From Squalus acanthias (lineage: Eukaryota): a DNA stretch of 64,000 nt. A program made the translations under genes and the position numbers. Within the stretch, counting starts at the first letter, position 1, and every line of letters starts with the position of its first letter. The notes under the pieces were generated by a model. The model worked only from the letters and a program-made list of their open reading frames with translations. It was not told the DNA's origin and made no database searches. Positions 23,852 to 36,631 of this stretch are shown piece after piece. The DNA lies in NCBI GenBank assembly GCA_030390025.1, contig CM059432.1, forward strand, positions 4,216,001-4,280,000, read 5' to 3'.

Positions 23852-26800
23852 TCCCATGCACCTGCTGCCCTTGTCCTTCTAGGTGGTAGAGGTTGCGGGT
23901 TTGGGAGGTGCTGTTGAAGAAGCCTTGGCGAGTTGCTGCAGTGCATCTTGTCGATGGTACACACTGCAGCCACGGTGCGCCGGTGGTGGAGGGAGTGAAT
24001 GTTTAAGGTGGTGGATGGGGTGACAATCAAGTGGGCTACTTTGTCTTGGATGGTGTCGAGCTTCTTGAGTATTGTTGGAGCTGCACTCATCCAGGCAACT
24101 GGAGGGTAGTCCATCACACTCCTGACTTGTGCCTTGTAGATGGTAGAAAGGCTTTGGGGAGTCAAGAGGCGAGACACTCGCTGCAGAATACCTAGCCTCT
24201 GACCTGCTCTTGTTGCCACAGTATTTATGTGGCTGGCCCAGTTAAGTTTCTGGTAAATGGTGACCCCTAGGATGTTGATGGTGGGAGATTTGGCGATGGT
24301 AATGCTGTTGAATGTCAAGGGGCGGTGGTTAGACTGTCGCTTATTGGAGATAGTCATTGCCTGGCACCTGTGTGGCACGATTGTTACTTGCTACTTATTA
24401 GCCCAAGCCTGAATGTTGTTCAGGTCTTGTTGCATTCAGGCATGGACGGCTTCATTATCTGAGGAGTTGCGAATGGCACTGAACACTGTGCAATCATCAG
24501 CGAACATCCCCACTTCTGACCTTATGATGGAGGGAAGGTCATTGATGAAGCAACTGAAGATGGTTGGGCCTAGGACACTGCCTTGAGGAACTCCTGCAGC
24601 GATGTCTGGGGCAGAGATGATTGACCTCCAACAACCACAACCATCTTCCTTTGTGCTAGGTGTGTGAAGAGAAAAAGATTGGTGAAGTCAAGCGTAGGTC
24701 CCTTGCAGTCAGAATCAGGGGAAATTATAATGGGGAACAAAGAAATGGCAGACCAATTAAATACATACGTTGGCTCTGTCTTCACAAAGGAGAACACAAA
24801 TAACCTCCCAGAGATGTCGGGGAACATAGGGTCTAATGAGAGCGAGGAGCTGAATGAAATCAGTATTTGTAGGGAAATGAGGTCAGGGAAATTGGCGGGA
24901 TTGAAGGCCGATAAATCCCCAGGGCCTGATAATCTACATCCTAGGGTACTTAAGGAAGTGGCCCTAGAAATAGTAGATGCATTGCTGGTCATCTTCCAAA
25001 ATTCTATAGACTCTGGAATAGTTCCCATGGATTGGAGGGTAGCTAATGTTACCCCACTGTTCAAAAAAGGTGGTAAAGAAAAAACGGGGAATTATAGACC
25101 GGTAAGCCTGACATCGGTTGTGGGGAAAATGCTAGAGTCCATTATAAAGGATGTAATAGCAGAGCACTTGAAAAACAGTGACAGGATTGGACAAAGTCAA
25201 CATGGATTTACAAAAGGTAAATCGTGCTTGATTAATCTACTGGAATTTTTTGAGGATGTAACTGATAGAATAGATAAGGGAGAACCAGTGGATGTGGTGT
25301 ATTTGGACTTTCAGAAGGCTTTCGATAAGGTCCCGCATAAGAGATTAGCGTGTAAAGTTAACGCACATGGGATTGGGGGCAAGGTACTGACTTGGATAGA
25401 GAACTGGTTGGCAGACAGGAAGCAAAGAGTTGGAATAAACGGGTCTTTTTCCGAGTGGCAGGCAGTGACTAGTGGGTTTCCGCAGGGATCGGTCCTAGGA
25501 CCCCAGCTATTCACTATATATATTAATGTTCTAGATGAGGGAACTAAATGTAATATCTCCAGGTTTGCAGATGACACAAAGCTGGGTGGGCGTGTGTGCT
25601 GCAAGGAGGATGCCGAGAAACTCCAGTATGATTTGGACAGGTTGGGTGAGTGGGCAGAAGCATGGCAGATGCAATATAATGTGGATAAATGCGAGGTTAT
25701 CCACTTTGATGGCAAAAACAGAAAGGCAGATTATTATCTGAACAGCAATAGATTGGGAGAAGGGGAAGTGCAATGAGACCTGGGTGTCCTTGTGCACCAG
25801 TCGCTGAAGATAAGCATGCAGGTGCAGCAGGCGGTTAAGAAGGCAAATGGTATGTTGGCCTTCGTAGCGAGAGGGTTTGAGTACAGGAACAAGGATGTCT
25901 TGCTGCAGCTGTACAGGGCCTTGGTGAGACCACACCTTGAGTATTGTGTGCAGTTTTGGTCGCCTTATCTGAGGAAGGATGTTCTTGCCATGGAGGGTGT
26001 GCAGCGAAGATTAACCAGACTGATACCTGGGATGGCAGGAATGACGTATGAGGAGAGATTGGGTCGATTGGGCTTATACTCGCTGGAGTTTAGAAGAATG
26101 AGAGGAGATCTCATTGAAACTTATAACATTCTAACAAGGCTAGACAGACTAGATGCAGGAAGGATGTTCCCGATGGCGGGGGAGTTCAGAACCAGGGGTC
26201 ACAGTCTAAAGATAAGGGGTAAGCCATTTAGGACAGAGATGAGGAGGAATTTCTTCACCCAGAGAGTGGTGAACCTGTGGAATTCTCTACCACAGAAGGC
26301 AGTTGAGGTCAAGTCACTAAATATATTCAAGAAGGAGTTAGATATATTTCTTAAGGCTAAAGGTATCAAGGGATATGGGGAGAAGGCAGGGACAGGGTAC
26401 TGAATTTGGATGATCAGCCATGATCTCATCGAATGGCGGAGCAGGCTCGAGGGGCCGAATGGCCGACTCCTGCTCCTATCTTCTATGTTTCTATGTTTCT
26501 ATGTCTCCAGTCAGTGGAGAGTTTTTCCTCTGATTCCCACTGACTTCAATTTTACTAGGGCTTCTTGATGCCACACTCGGTGAAATTCTGCCTTGATGTC
26601 AAGGGCAGTCACTCTCACCTCACCTCTGGAATTCAGCTCTTTTGTCCATGTTTGGACCAAGGCTGTAATGAGGTCGGGAGCTGAGTGTTCCTGGCGGAAC
26701 CCAAACTGGGCATCAGTGAGCAGATTATTGGTGAGTAAGTGCCGCTTGATAGCACTGTCGACGACACCTTCCATCACTTTGCTGATAATTGAGAGTAGAC

Positions 26801-27120
26801 TGATGGGGTGGTAATTGGCCAGATTGAATTTGTCCTGCTTTTTGTGGACAGGATATACATAGGCAGTTTTCCACATTGTCGGGTAGATGCCAGTGATGTA
26901 GCTGTACTGGAACAGCTTGGCTAGACTGGTTTCTGTGATGGTGGGGACCTCAGGAGGAGGCTGATATGGATCATCCACTCGGCACTTCTGGCTGAAGATG
27001 GTTGCAAACGCTTCAGCCTTGTCTTTTGCACTCACGTGCTGGGCTCCGCCATCATTGAGGATGGGGATATTCATGGAGCCTCCTCCTCCCGTTAGTTGTT
27101 CAATTGTCCACCACCATTCA
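23852..27120 (-). mobile_element. LINE-B (CR1/L2-group non-LTR) RT region split by a CR1
   Basis: ORFs 26511-27074 (QFGFRQEHSAPDL...ALDIKAEFHRVWH) and 23848-24378 are collinear across the CR1 at 24663-26503. Confidence 0.88.
24663..26503 (+). mobile_element. CR1 LINE ORF2 RT fragment
   Basis: 370-aa and 203-aa ORFs in one frame separated by a stop: NYRPVSLTS, QHGF, YLDFQKAFDKV, PQGSVLGP, FADDTKL. Confidence 0.95.
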
Positions 27121-27857
27121 TAGAATCATAGAATTATAGAATCATTACGGCACAGTAGGAGGCTATTCGAGTCTGAGGTACAGTATTTAGTTCAAGCAAA
27201 GAGATATGAATAGAACTGCAGTGAATTAATATTTCGATTCATAAGAAATTTTACATTTTATCTTTTTATATGAATTTGTAGTCACCTTCTCCAGCCCAAC
27301 AACCCTCCGAGATCTCTGCCTTCCTCCAACTCCGGCCTCTTGGGCATTCCCGATTTCCATCGCTCCACCATTGGCGGCCGTGCCTTCAGCTGCCTGGGGC
27401 CCTAAGCTCTGGGATTCAATCCCTACAACTCTCCGCCTCCATCTCCTCCCTTGAGAACCTCCTTAAACCTTATCTGTTTGACCAAGCCTGATAGGGCGAG
27501 ATGAAGTAGGGGTGGGAGGAGGCTCGTGTGGACCAGCTGGGCCGAATGCCGTGCTTCTGTGCTGTCCATTCTAGGCAATTGCTCCTTCTTTGTCTCGGTG
27601 TTGATTTTTTTGTCAGATTGTCGTTTCTTGGGATGTTTTAGTACGTTGAAGACGCTATACGAATGCAAGTTGTTGTTGGGCCAAGTAGTGTAGGAGGTTT
27701 AACATTCGTCTTGTGTTAGCAGCACTCTGGAGGGAATTCTTTTGTCTTTGTGCGCAAGGGGAGGTGAGGAGCAGACAAATCCTGTCTTGAGTTAGGAGCC
27801 AGCTTCAATAGGTATTCAACTCACTTCCGCTAATTAGATTACCCTCAGATAGTACTT

Positions 27858-28438
27858 ATGATGCGGAGATGCCGGTATCGGACTGGGGTGGACAAAAGTG
27901 AGAAGTCGCACAACAGCAGGTTATAGTCCAACAGTTTTATTTGAAATCACAAGCTTTCGGAGCTGCTGCCCCTTCGTCAGGTGAAGTGAAGGAATACGAA
28001 TCAGCAAAGCATATATAGACAGAGAACAATGCCTGTGTAGCGTACAATGTCAGACGACTACAGTTAATCCTCCTGACTGCCTTTCATCACACCTCGGCAG
28101 AGAAACAATCAGGTCAGCCAGGAAGGCACCACATCAAAGACATAGCAAGATACAACTGAGACAATGAGGTGGGGTCACAGGGGGTCTAATGTGTCAAATG
28201 CTGCAGTCTGTATGGAAAACCATAAACTTTAAAATTTTTACTTTTACCATAAAAGGCAGTCAGAAAGATTAACTGTAGCCGTCTGACATTGTACGCTACA
28301 CAGGCATTGTTCTCTGTCTATATATGCTTTGCTGATTCGTATTCCTTCACTTCACCTGACGAAGGGGCAGCAGCTCCGAAAGCTTGTGATTTCAAATAAA
28401 ACTGTTGGACTATAACCTGGTGTTGTGCGACTTCTCAC
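27858..28438. mobile_element. Foldback non-autonomous Penelope-type element (family B) with inverted arms
   Basis: About 187-bp near-perfect inverted repeats (27898-28084 / 28252-28438). Flanking direct repeat AGATAGTRCTT (27847-27857, 28439-28449). Hammerhead-like motif in each arm. Confidence 0.8.
28352..28389 (+). ncRNA. Minimal hammerhead ribozyme motif (mirror copy on - strand at 27947-27984)
   Basis: UCAC-CUGACGA-A-GGGGC-AGCA-GCUCC-GAAAG-CUU-GUGA: stem I UCAC/GUGA, stem II GGGGC/GCUCC, palindromic AAGCUU in place of stem III. Confidence 0.72.
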
Positions 28439-28776
28439 AGATAGTGCTTGGGCAGGACAAAATGATTTGTTTCTTCAGGCAATGCGTGTGATTTTTCCTC
28501 GCTGTCAGAATCAGAGCTGTTATCTGTAGGGGATGCTGCACCAGGCAGCCTTCCCAACAGCAACACTCTTGCCTATTGAGGCAGCTTTCTCAGTCCTGGG
28601 AAGTGTAAGAATCTGAAATCTGGTTTCTGAGTGGCAGCCCTAATATCTTTGAAGCCGGGTTTGATCGACGGCTCTGGATCCGAAGGCTGGGAATAAATAT
28701 TACAGCTGCTGCCGATTGCTTGAGTTGATGTGCTTCAACCATTTAGCTCCATGTCACAATTATGTAAAACTTTCCA

Positions 28777-30232
28777 AAAGCAAAACACTGCGGGTGCTGG
28801 AAATCTGTAATAAAAACAGAAGATGCTGGAAATGCTCAGCAGGTCAGGCCGCAACTGTGGAGAAAAAAAGAAAAAGAAAGACTTGCATTTCTATAGCGCC
28901 TTTCACGACCACCGGACATCTCAAAGCGCTTCACAGCCAATGAAGTACTTTTTGAAGTGTAGTCACTGTTGTAATGTGGGAAACGCAGCAGCCAATTCGC
29001 ACACAGCAAGCTCCCACAAACAGCAATGTGATAATGACCCAGATAATCTGTTTTTTGGTGATGTTGATTGAGGGATAAATATTGGCCCCAGGACACCGGG
29101 GATAACTCCCCTGCTCTTCTTCGAAATAGTTGCCGTGGGATCTTTTACGTCCACCTGAGAGAGCAGACGGGGCCTCGGTTTAACGTCTCATCCGAAAGAC
29201 GGCACCTCTGACAGTGCAGCGCTCCCTCAGCACTGCACTGGGAAGGTCAGCCTAGATGTTTATGCTCAAGTCTCGGGAGTGGGACTTGAACCCACAACCT
29301 TCTAGACTCAGAAGGCGAGAGTGCTGCCCACTGAGCCACGGCTGACAGTGAGAGCGAAACATAGTTAACAGCTGGAATTTTCTGAGGTGAGAACGGATGG
29401 GTTGGAGGCGTGGGGCGGTGGGGGGGGGGAAGTGAAAGTTGAAAAAATGTGAACCCCGACTCCACGCCGCCCACGTTCAGATGGGATGGGGGGGCGGGCA
29501 GCCAACCCGCTGCCAGGAGGCGGGTTGGCAATTCACATATGATAATGAGGCCTGAAGACTCTGCTTTAACCTGGTTTACAGGTTTGGCTGCGGCGACCGG
29601 GGATCCCGGTGGCTGCAGTGAGGCTGCCTCAGCCTCGGGGAGCAAAGCTTGTGGGCCGGGAGGAGCAGCAGAGTTTCCTCCCGGCCCACCAAGCTCCCCC
29701 ACCGTCAGCCTGGTATCCCTGAGGTCGGTGCTCCGATCTCCCCCCCCACCCAACCCCCGCCCCTCCAGGGATCAGACCCCTCCTGGGCCTGGAACACCAC
29801 CCCCGCCACCCCCCCCCCCACCCCACCTCCCCGGATCGCAACCCTCCCCTCCTCCCCCCCGCCAACCCCGGGAACAGGGATCAGATCCCCCGCCCGGAAT
29901 GACGACTCCACTCGTAGCAGCCCGCCCCCCCACCCCACCAACCAACCCCCCAGGCTTGGACCCGCACACCCAACATCCTGGGCCCAGCACTAACCAGGTC
30001 CTGTGGCCTCCTTCTCCGCGGTCCAAACACGACTGGACGCCAGCTGGTCAATTAGGCTGACGTCCAGGCGGGGAACCCGGCCCTGAGTTAACTCCACAGC
30101 ATGCCTTCCGGGTTTCCCACCATCTCCCGGGTCCTCCAGCACCGTGCAGGTGGGACATGGGAAAATCCAGCACGACGTTTCAGGTCGGAGGCCTTACGTC
30201 AGAACTGGAAAAGGTTAGAGCTGTAACAGGTT
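28777..30232 (-). mobile_element. Penelope family A terminal repeat split by a DeuSINE (about 28868-29347) and a MITE (29370-30173)
   Basis: Pieces 28777-28865, 29348-29369 and 30174-30232 reassemble the sequence seen at 5075-5200. Confidence 0.78.
29370..30173. mobile_element. Harbinger-type MITE
   Basis: Imperfect TIRs AGCTGGAATTTTC / GAAAATCCAGCAC, 3-bp flanks AAC / GAC, C-run-rich interior. Confidence 0.72.
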
Positions 30233-30235
30233 ATA

Positions 30236-31290
30236 TATAAGAACATAAGAACGTAACAATTAGGAATGAGTTGGCCATAAGTCCCCTCGAGCCTGCTCCG
30301 CCATTCAATAAGATCACGGCTGGTCTTCGACCTCAACACCACCTTCTTGCCCGATCCCCATATCCCTTGATTCCCCTAGAGTCCAAAAATCTATCGATCT
30401 CAGCCTTGAATATACTCAACGATTCAGCATTCACAGCCCTCTGGGGTAGAGAATTCCAAAGATTCACAACCCTCTGAGTGAAGAAATTCCTCCTCATCTC
30501 AGTCTTAAATGGACGACCCCTTATCCTGAGACTGTGACCCCTAGTTGTAGACTCTCCAGCCAGGGGAAACATCCTCTCAGCATCTACCCTGTCAATCCCC
30601 CTCAGAATCTTATATGTTTCAATGAGATCACCTCTCATAATTCTAAATTCCAATGAGTATAGGCCCAATCTACTCAATCTCTCCTCATAGGACAACCCTC
30701 TCATCCCAGGGATTAGTCTAGTGAACCTTTGTTGAACCCCCTCTAAGGCAAATATATCCTTCCTTAGATAAGGAGACCAAATCTGTGCACAGTACTCCAG
30801 GTGTGGTCTCACCAAAGCCCTGTACAATTGTAGCAAGACTTCCTTACTCTTGTGCTCTAACACCCTAGCAATAAAGGCCAACATACCATTTGCCTTCCTA
30901 ATTGTTGGCTGTACCTGCATACTAACTCTCTGTGTTTTCTGTACGAGGACACCCAAATCTCTCTGAACACCAACATTTGAAAGTTTCTCACCATTTAAAA
31001 AATATTCTGTTTTTCTATTCTTCCTACCAAAGTGAATAACCTCACATTTTCCCACATTATACTCCATCTGCCACCTTATTGCCCACTCACTTAACCTGTC
31101 TTTCTCCCTTCGCAGGCTCTTTGTGTCCTCCTCACAGCTTACTGTCCCACCTAGCTTTGTATCGTCAGCAAACTTGGATACATGCACACTCGGTCCCTTC
31201 ATCTAGGTCACTAGTATTGATTGTAAATAGCTGAGGCCCCAGGCACTGCTCCTGCAGCACCCCACTAGTTACAGCCTGCCAACCTGAAAA
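30236..31290 (-). mobile_element. CR1 LINE RT / 3' fragment
   Basis: 289-aa ORF 30333-31202 (SKFADDTKLGG...). Confidence 0.93.
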
Positions 31291-31464
31291 TGGCCTTACC
31301 CAGTCTGGGCCTAAATGTGACTCCAGACCCACAGCAAGGTGGTTGACTCTTGACTGCCCTCTGAAATGGTCCAGCAAGCCACTCACCTTCTCAAGGGTGA
31401 TTAGGGACGGGCAATAAATGCTGACCTTGCCGGCGATGCCCACATCCCGTAAATAAAAAAAACA

Positions 31465-31644
31465 CGCATATGTAAAGAAGGACCCTGCTGGTTCCGGGTG
31501 CGTCTCCTCGCTGCCTGCTCAGGAGAGCAGGTTAAAAACGCAGACGTCGCGATCATGGCGGCTTTCGCACAGGTAAGAGCCGGGGCGACTTTAACTGCCC
31601 GCCCGCCAGGTTTCTGCTGAGCGAGTAGGGTTAAAATTCACCCC
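31465..31644. mobile_element. TIR-element end fragment abutting a Penelope family A repeat
   Basis: Ends in AAAATTCACCCC, followed directly by AACTCTGTTTCTCTCT. Confidence 0.55.
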
Positions 31645-31920
31645 AACTCTGTTTCTCTCTTGACAGATGCTGCGTGACCAGCAGCTTTTATACGTTTTCA
31701 TATGTGATTCACGTGAGATTTGGGAACAAAACATGGATATCTTTGATGTATATTAATGACCTGGACGTGGGTATAGGGTCAGGAGGAGGTGTGTTGGTTT
31801 GAGTCAGTCTAGCACGCGCCTACACACCACGGGCAAATCTCGGGGGCCCGTCAGAACAAGGGAGGGAAGGGAGAAGTGTGATGGACTTTCAACACCCTTC
31901 TGAATGGCGTCACGTGGGAC

Positions 31921-34900
31921 AGAATCATAGAATCATAGAATGATTACAGTACGGAAGGCGGCCATTCGGCCCATCGAGCCCGTGCCGACTCTCAGCTAGT
32001 CCCGCTCCCCCGCCCTTTCCCCGTAGCCCTGCCACAATGTTTTCCTTCAGGTACTTATCAAACTTCCTTTTGAAAGATAAGATTGAATCTGCCTCCACCA
32101 CCCTTTCAGGCAGTGCATTCCAGATCCTAACCACTCGCTGCGTAAAATTTTTTTCCTCATGTCGCCTTTGGTTCTTCTGCCAATCACCTTAAATCTGTGT
32201 CCTCTGGTTCTCGACCCTTCTGCCAATGGGAACAGTTTCTCTCTATCTACTCTGTCCAGACTCCTCATGATTTTGAACACCTCTATCAAATCTCTTCTCA
32301 ATCTTCCCTGCTCCAAGGAGAAAAATCCCAGCTTCTCCAGTCTGTCAACGTAACTGAAGTCCTTCATTCCTGGAATCATTCTTGTAAATCTTTTCTGCAC
32401 CCTCTCTAAGGCCGTCACATCCTTCCTAAAGTGTGGTGCCCAGAATTGGACACAATACTCCAGTTGGGGGCCGAACCAGTGTTTTATACAGGTTCATCAT
32501 AACTTCCACACTTTTGTACTCTATACCTCTATTCATGAAGCCCAGGATCCCGTAATCCTGTTTAACTGCTTTCTCAACCTGCCCTGCCACCTTCAACGAT
32601 TTGTGCACACATACCCCCAGGTCTCTTTGTTCGAGCACCCCCTTTAGGATTGTACCATTTAGTTTATATTTCCTCTCCTCATTCTTTCTACCAAAATGTA
32701 TCACTTCACACTTTTCTGCATTAAATTTCATCTGCCACGTGTCCGCCCATTTCACCAGCCTGTCTATGTCTTCCTGAAGTCTATCACAATCCTCCTCACT
32801 GTTCACTATACTTCCAAGTTTTGTGTCATCTGCAAATTTTGAAATTGTGCCCTGTACACCCACGTCCAAGTCATTGATATATATCAAGAAAAGCAGTAGT
32901 CCTAGAACCGACCCCTGGGGAACACCACTGTATACCTTCCTCCAGTCCGAAAAACAACTGTTCACCACTACTCTCTGTTTCCTGTCACTTAGCCAATTCC
33001 GTATCCATGCTGCCACTGTCCCTTTTATTCCATGGGCTTCAACTTTGCTGGCAAGTCAATTATGTGGCACTTTGTCGAACGCCTTTTGGAAATCCATGTA
33101 CATTACGTCAACCGCATTGCCCTCATCAACCCTCTCGATGAAGTTGGTTAAACACGATTTGCCTTTAACAAATCTGTGCTGGCTTTCCTTAATTAATCCA
33201 CACCTATCCAAGTGACAGTTAATTTTGTCCCTGATTACTGTTTGTAAAAGCTTCCCCACTACAGAGGTTAAACTGACTGGCCTGTAGATGCTGGGTTTAT
33301 CTTTACACCCTTTTTTGAACAATGGTGTAACATTTGCAATTCTCCAGTCATAGAGTCATAGTCATAGAGTCATAACGGCACAGAAGGAGGCCATTCGACC
33401 CATCGAGTTCGTGCCGGGACCACCCCCTGTATCTAAGGAGGATTGGAATATTATGGCCAGTACATCCGTGATTTCCACCCGCAATTCCCTCAGCATCCTA
33501 GGATGCATCCCATCCGCTCCTGGTGATTTATCTACTTTAAGTACAGCCAGCCTTTCTAATAACTCTTCTTTATCAATTTTTATACTATCAAGTGTCTCCA
33601 CTACCTCCTCCTTCACTATGTCTATGGCAGCATCCTCTTCCTTGGTGAAGACAGATGCAAAGTACTCATTTAGCACCTCAGCCATACCCTCTGCCTCCAT
33701 GCGTAGGTCTCCTTTTTGGACCCTAATTGGCCCATCCCTCCTCTTACTACTCGTTTTCTATTTATCTGCCTACAGAAGACTTTTGGATTACCTTTTATAT
33801 TGGCTGCCATTCTATTCTCATACCCTCTCTTTGTCCCTCTTATTTTCTTTTTCACTACTCCTCTGATCTTTCTATATTTAGCCTGATTCTCAGATGTAGT
33901 TGCAACCTGACATCTGCCATACCTGCTCTTTTTCTGCTTCATCATATTCTCTATCCCTTTCATCATCCAGGGAGCTCTGACTTTAGTTGCCCTGCCTTTC
34001 CTCCTAGTGGGAATATACCTCGACTGTACCTGAACTATTTCCTCTTTAAAGGCAGCCCATTGTTCCATTACAGTTTTGCCTGCCAATCTTTGATTCCAGT
34101 TTACCCGGGCCAGATCCGTTCTCATCCCACTGAAATTGGCTTTCCCCCAGTTAAACATTTTTACTCTAGATTGCTCCCTGTCCTTTTTTGTAGCTAATCT
34201 AAACCTTATGATACTATGATCACTGTTCCCTAAATGTTCACCTACTGACACTTGCTCCACTTGACCCACCTCATTCCCCAGAACAAGATCCAGCAATGCC
34301 TCCTCCCTCATCGGGCCGGAAACATACTGATCAAGAAAGTTCTCCTAAACACACTTCAGAAATTCTTCCCCTTCTCTGCCATTAACACTGTTACGATCCC
34401 AGTCTATATTAGGATAGTTGAAGTCCCCCATTATCACTACTCTATAGTTCTTGCACCTCTCTGTAATTTCTCTGCAAATTTGCTCCTCCATATCTTTCCC
34501 ACCGGGGAGTTATCCCTGGTGTTCTGGCCAATATTTATCCCTCAACCAACATAACAAAAACAGATTATCAGATCATTATCATATTGCTGTTTGTGGGATC
34601 TTGCTGTGCGCAAATTGGCTGCCACGTTTCCCACATTACAACAGTGACTACACTCCAATAGTATTTCATTGGTTGTAAAGCGCTTTGAGACGTCCGGTGG
34701 TCGTGAAAGGCGCTATAGAAATGCAAGATTTTCTTTCTTTTCCTATTTGGTGGCCTATAGAATACACCTAGTAGTGTAATGGCACCTCTATTATTTCTTA
34801 ACTCTTGCCATATAGATTCTGTCCTTGACCCCTCCAGGACATCCTCCCTCTCCAGCACTGTAATATTCTCCTTGACCAATACTGCCACACCACCTCCTAT

Positions 34901-35870
34901 CTTTCCTTCCCTATCTTTCCTGAACACCTTATAACCAGGAATATTGAATACCCAATCCTGCCCTTTTTTGAGCTAGGTCTCAGTTATTGCCACAACATCA
35001 TATTCCCATGTGGCTATTTGTGCCTGCAGCTCACTTACCTTGTTTACTACGCTTCGTGCGTTCACATATATACATTGTAAACCCATCTTAGACCATCCTG
35101 TATTCTCTCTTAGTTTGACCCCCTCTAATACCTTACTAATTCTTACTTTAGTGCTCTCTGCTTCTCCCAATCCTTTGAGCACTTTATTTCCCCTTTCTAA
35201 TGTTACATCCTGGTGCCCATCCCCCTGCCAAATTAGTTTAGACCCTCCCCAACAGCACTAGCAAACCTCCCCGCGAGGATATTGGTTCCGGCCCTGTTGA
35301 GGTGCAACTCGTCCGGCCTGTACAGGGCCCACCTCCCCCAGAACCGGTCCCAATGCATCAAGAATCTGAAGCCCTCCCTCCTGCACCATCTCTCCAGCAA
35401 TACATTCATCTGCTCTATCCTCCTATTTCTATACTCACTCACGCGTGGCACCAGGAGTAATCCGGAGATTACTACATTTGAGGTCCTGCTTTTTAATCTC
35501 TTTCCTATCTCCCTAAAATCTGCCTGCAGGACCTCATCCCTCTTTCTAACGGAATCCAGGGATATGGGGATAGTGCAGGTAAGTGGAGATGAGGTGGAAG
35601 ATCATCCATGATCTTATTGAATGGCGGAGCAGGCTCGAAGGGCTAAATGGCCGACTCCTGCTCCTATTTCTTATGTTCTTATGTTTCTACCTATGTCGTT
35701 GGTACCAATATGGGCCAAGACCTCTGGCTGTTCACCCTCCCCCCTCAGAATGCTCTGCAGCCGCTCAGAGACATCCTTAACCCTGGCACCAGGGAGGCAA
35801 CATACCATCCTGGAGTCACGTCTGCGGCCGCAGAAACGCCTGTCTGCTCCCCTAACTATCGAATCGCCTA
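31921..35870 (-). mobile_element. Near-full-length decayed CR1 LINE (ORF1 SGNH/GDSL esterase + ORF2 APE-RT)
   Basis: ORF1: VVGDSIVRG...CCLPGARV...HIGTNDIG...DELHLN. ORF2: CIYVNARS...VAITET...GGGVA...YRPP...SDH...RT motifs. Contains a SINE (about 34503-34740) and short CR1 3' ends (about 33350-33418, 35549-35688). Confidence 0.93.
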
Positions 35871-36306
35871 CCACATTGTCCACATGCCCGATACGAGACT
35901 CCCAAAACAAGCGCTCTACTCAGAGCTCCGGCACGGCAAGAGAGCCCCAGGTGGGCAGAGGAAACGCTTCAAGGACACCATCAAAGCCTCCTTGAAAAAG
36001 TGCAACATCCCCACCGACACCTGGGAATCCCTGGCCCAAGACCGTACAAAGTGGAGGAGAAGCATCCGGGAAGGCGCCGAACACCTCGAGTCTCTTCGCC
36101 GGGAGCAAGCGGAAGCCAAGCGCAGGCAGCGCAAGGAGCGCACGTCAACCCAAGCACCCCACCCACCCGCCCCTTCAATCACCGACTGCCCCACCTGTGA
36201 CAGAGACTGTAGGTCCCGCATTGGACTCATCAGTCACCTGAGAACTCATTTTTAATGTGGGAGCAAGTCATCCTCGGTTCCGAGGGACTGCCTAAGAAGA
36301 AGAAGA
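35871..36306 (+). mobile_element. RTE-clade LINE 3' end
   Basis: MPDTRLPKQALYSEL...GGQRKRFKD...WESLAQDRTKWR...CPTCDRDCRSRIGLISHLRTH (C-terminal C2H2-like finger) and an (AAG)n tail. Confidence 0.9.
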
Positions 36307-36631
36307 GGAAGGTAGACAGGGGTGGAACCAGTTGGGATGTGAACAATGCCTTGTTAACTCTGATGGCCTTCGATGGCTTTAACTTTGTCAACTGTTATCA
36401 AATTATCAATTGCTTGCTCTGACCATTGATTAGAGGGAATTTACACCTAATTCAGGCAAACAAGGACACATAGCCTGTGTGAGAGAATGGCTGGTTGAAA
36501 CTAGATGGGGTGGAGCCAGTGGTCTAGAAATTTATTGGGGGCGGTGGCTCACACAGGGCAGTATCGGATAGGATCGGCCGCCTGTTATACGCAGCCCCTG
36601 ATTTTCAGCTCCATTGACTGCAGGCAGTTAT

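Noticed and set aside
27898..28438. pre-miRNA or DNA-transposon TIR interpretation of the long inverted repeat
   Set aside because: The arms are far longer than a miRNA stem, one arm starts 40 bp inside the TSD boundary, and the arms carry Penelope-type hammerhead motifs.
29449..30060. Proline-rich 203-aa ORF and opposite-strand Gly-rich ORFs
   Set aside because: Low-complexity C-runs inside a TIR-bounded MITE.
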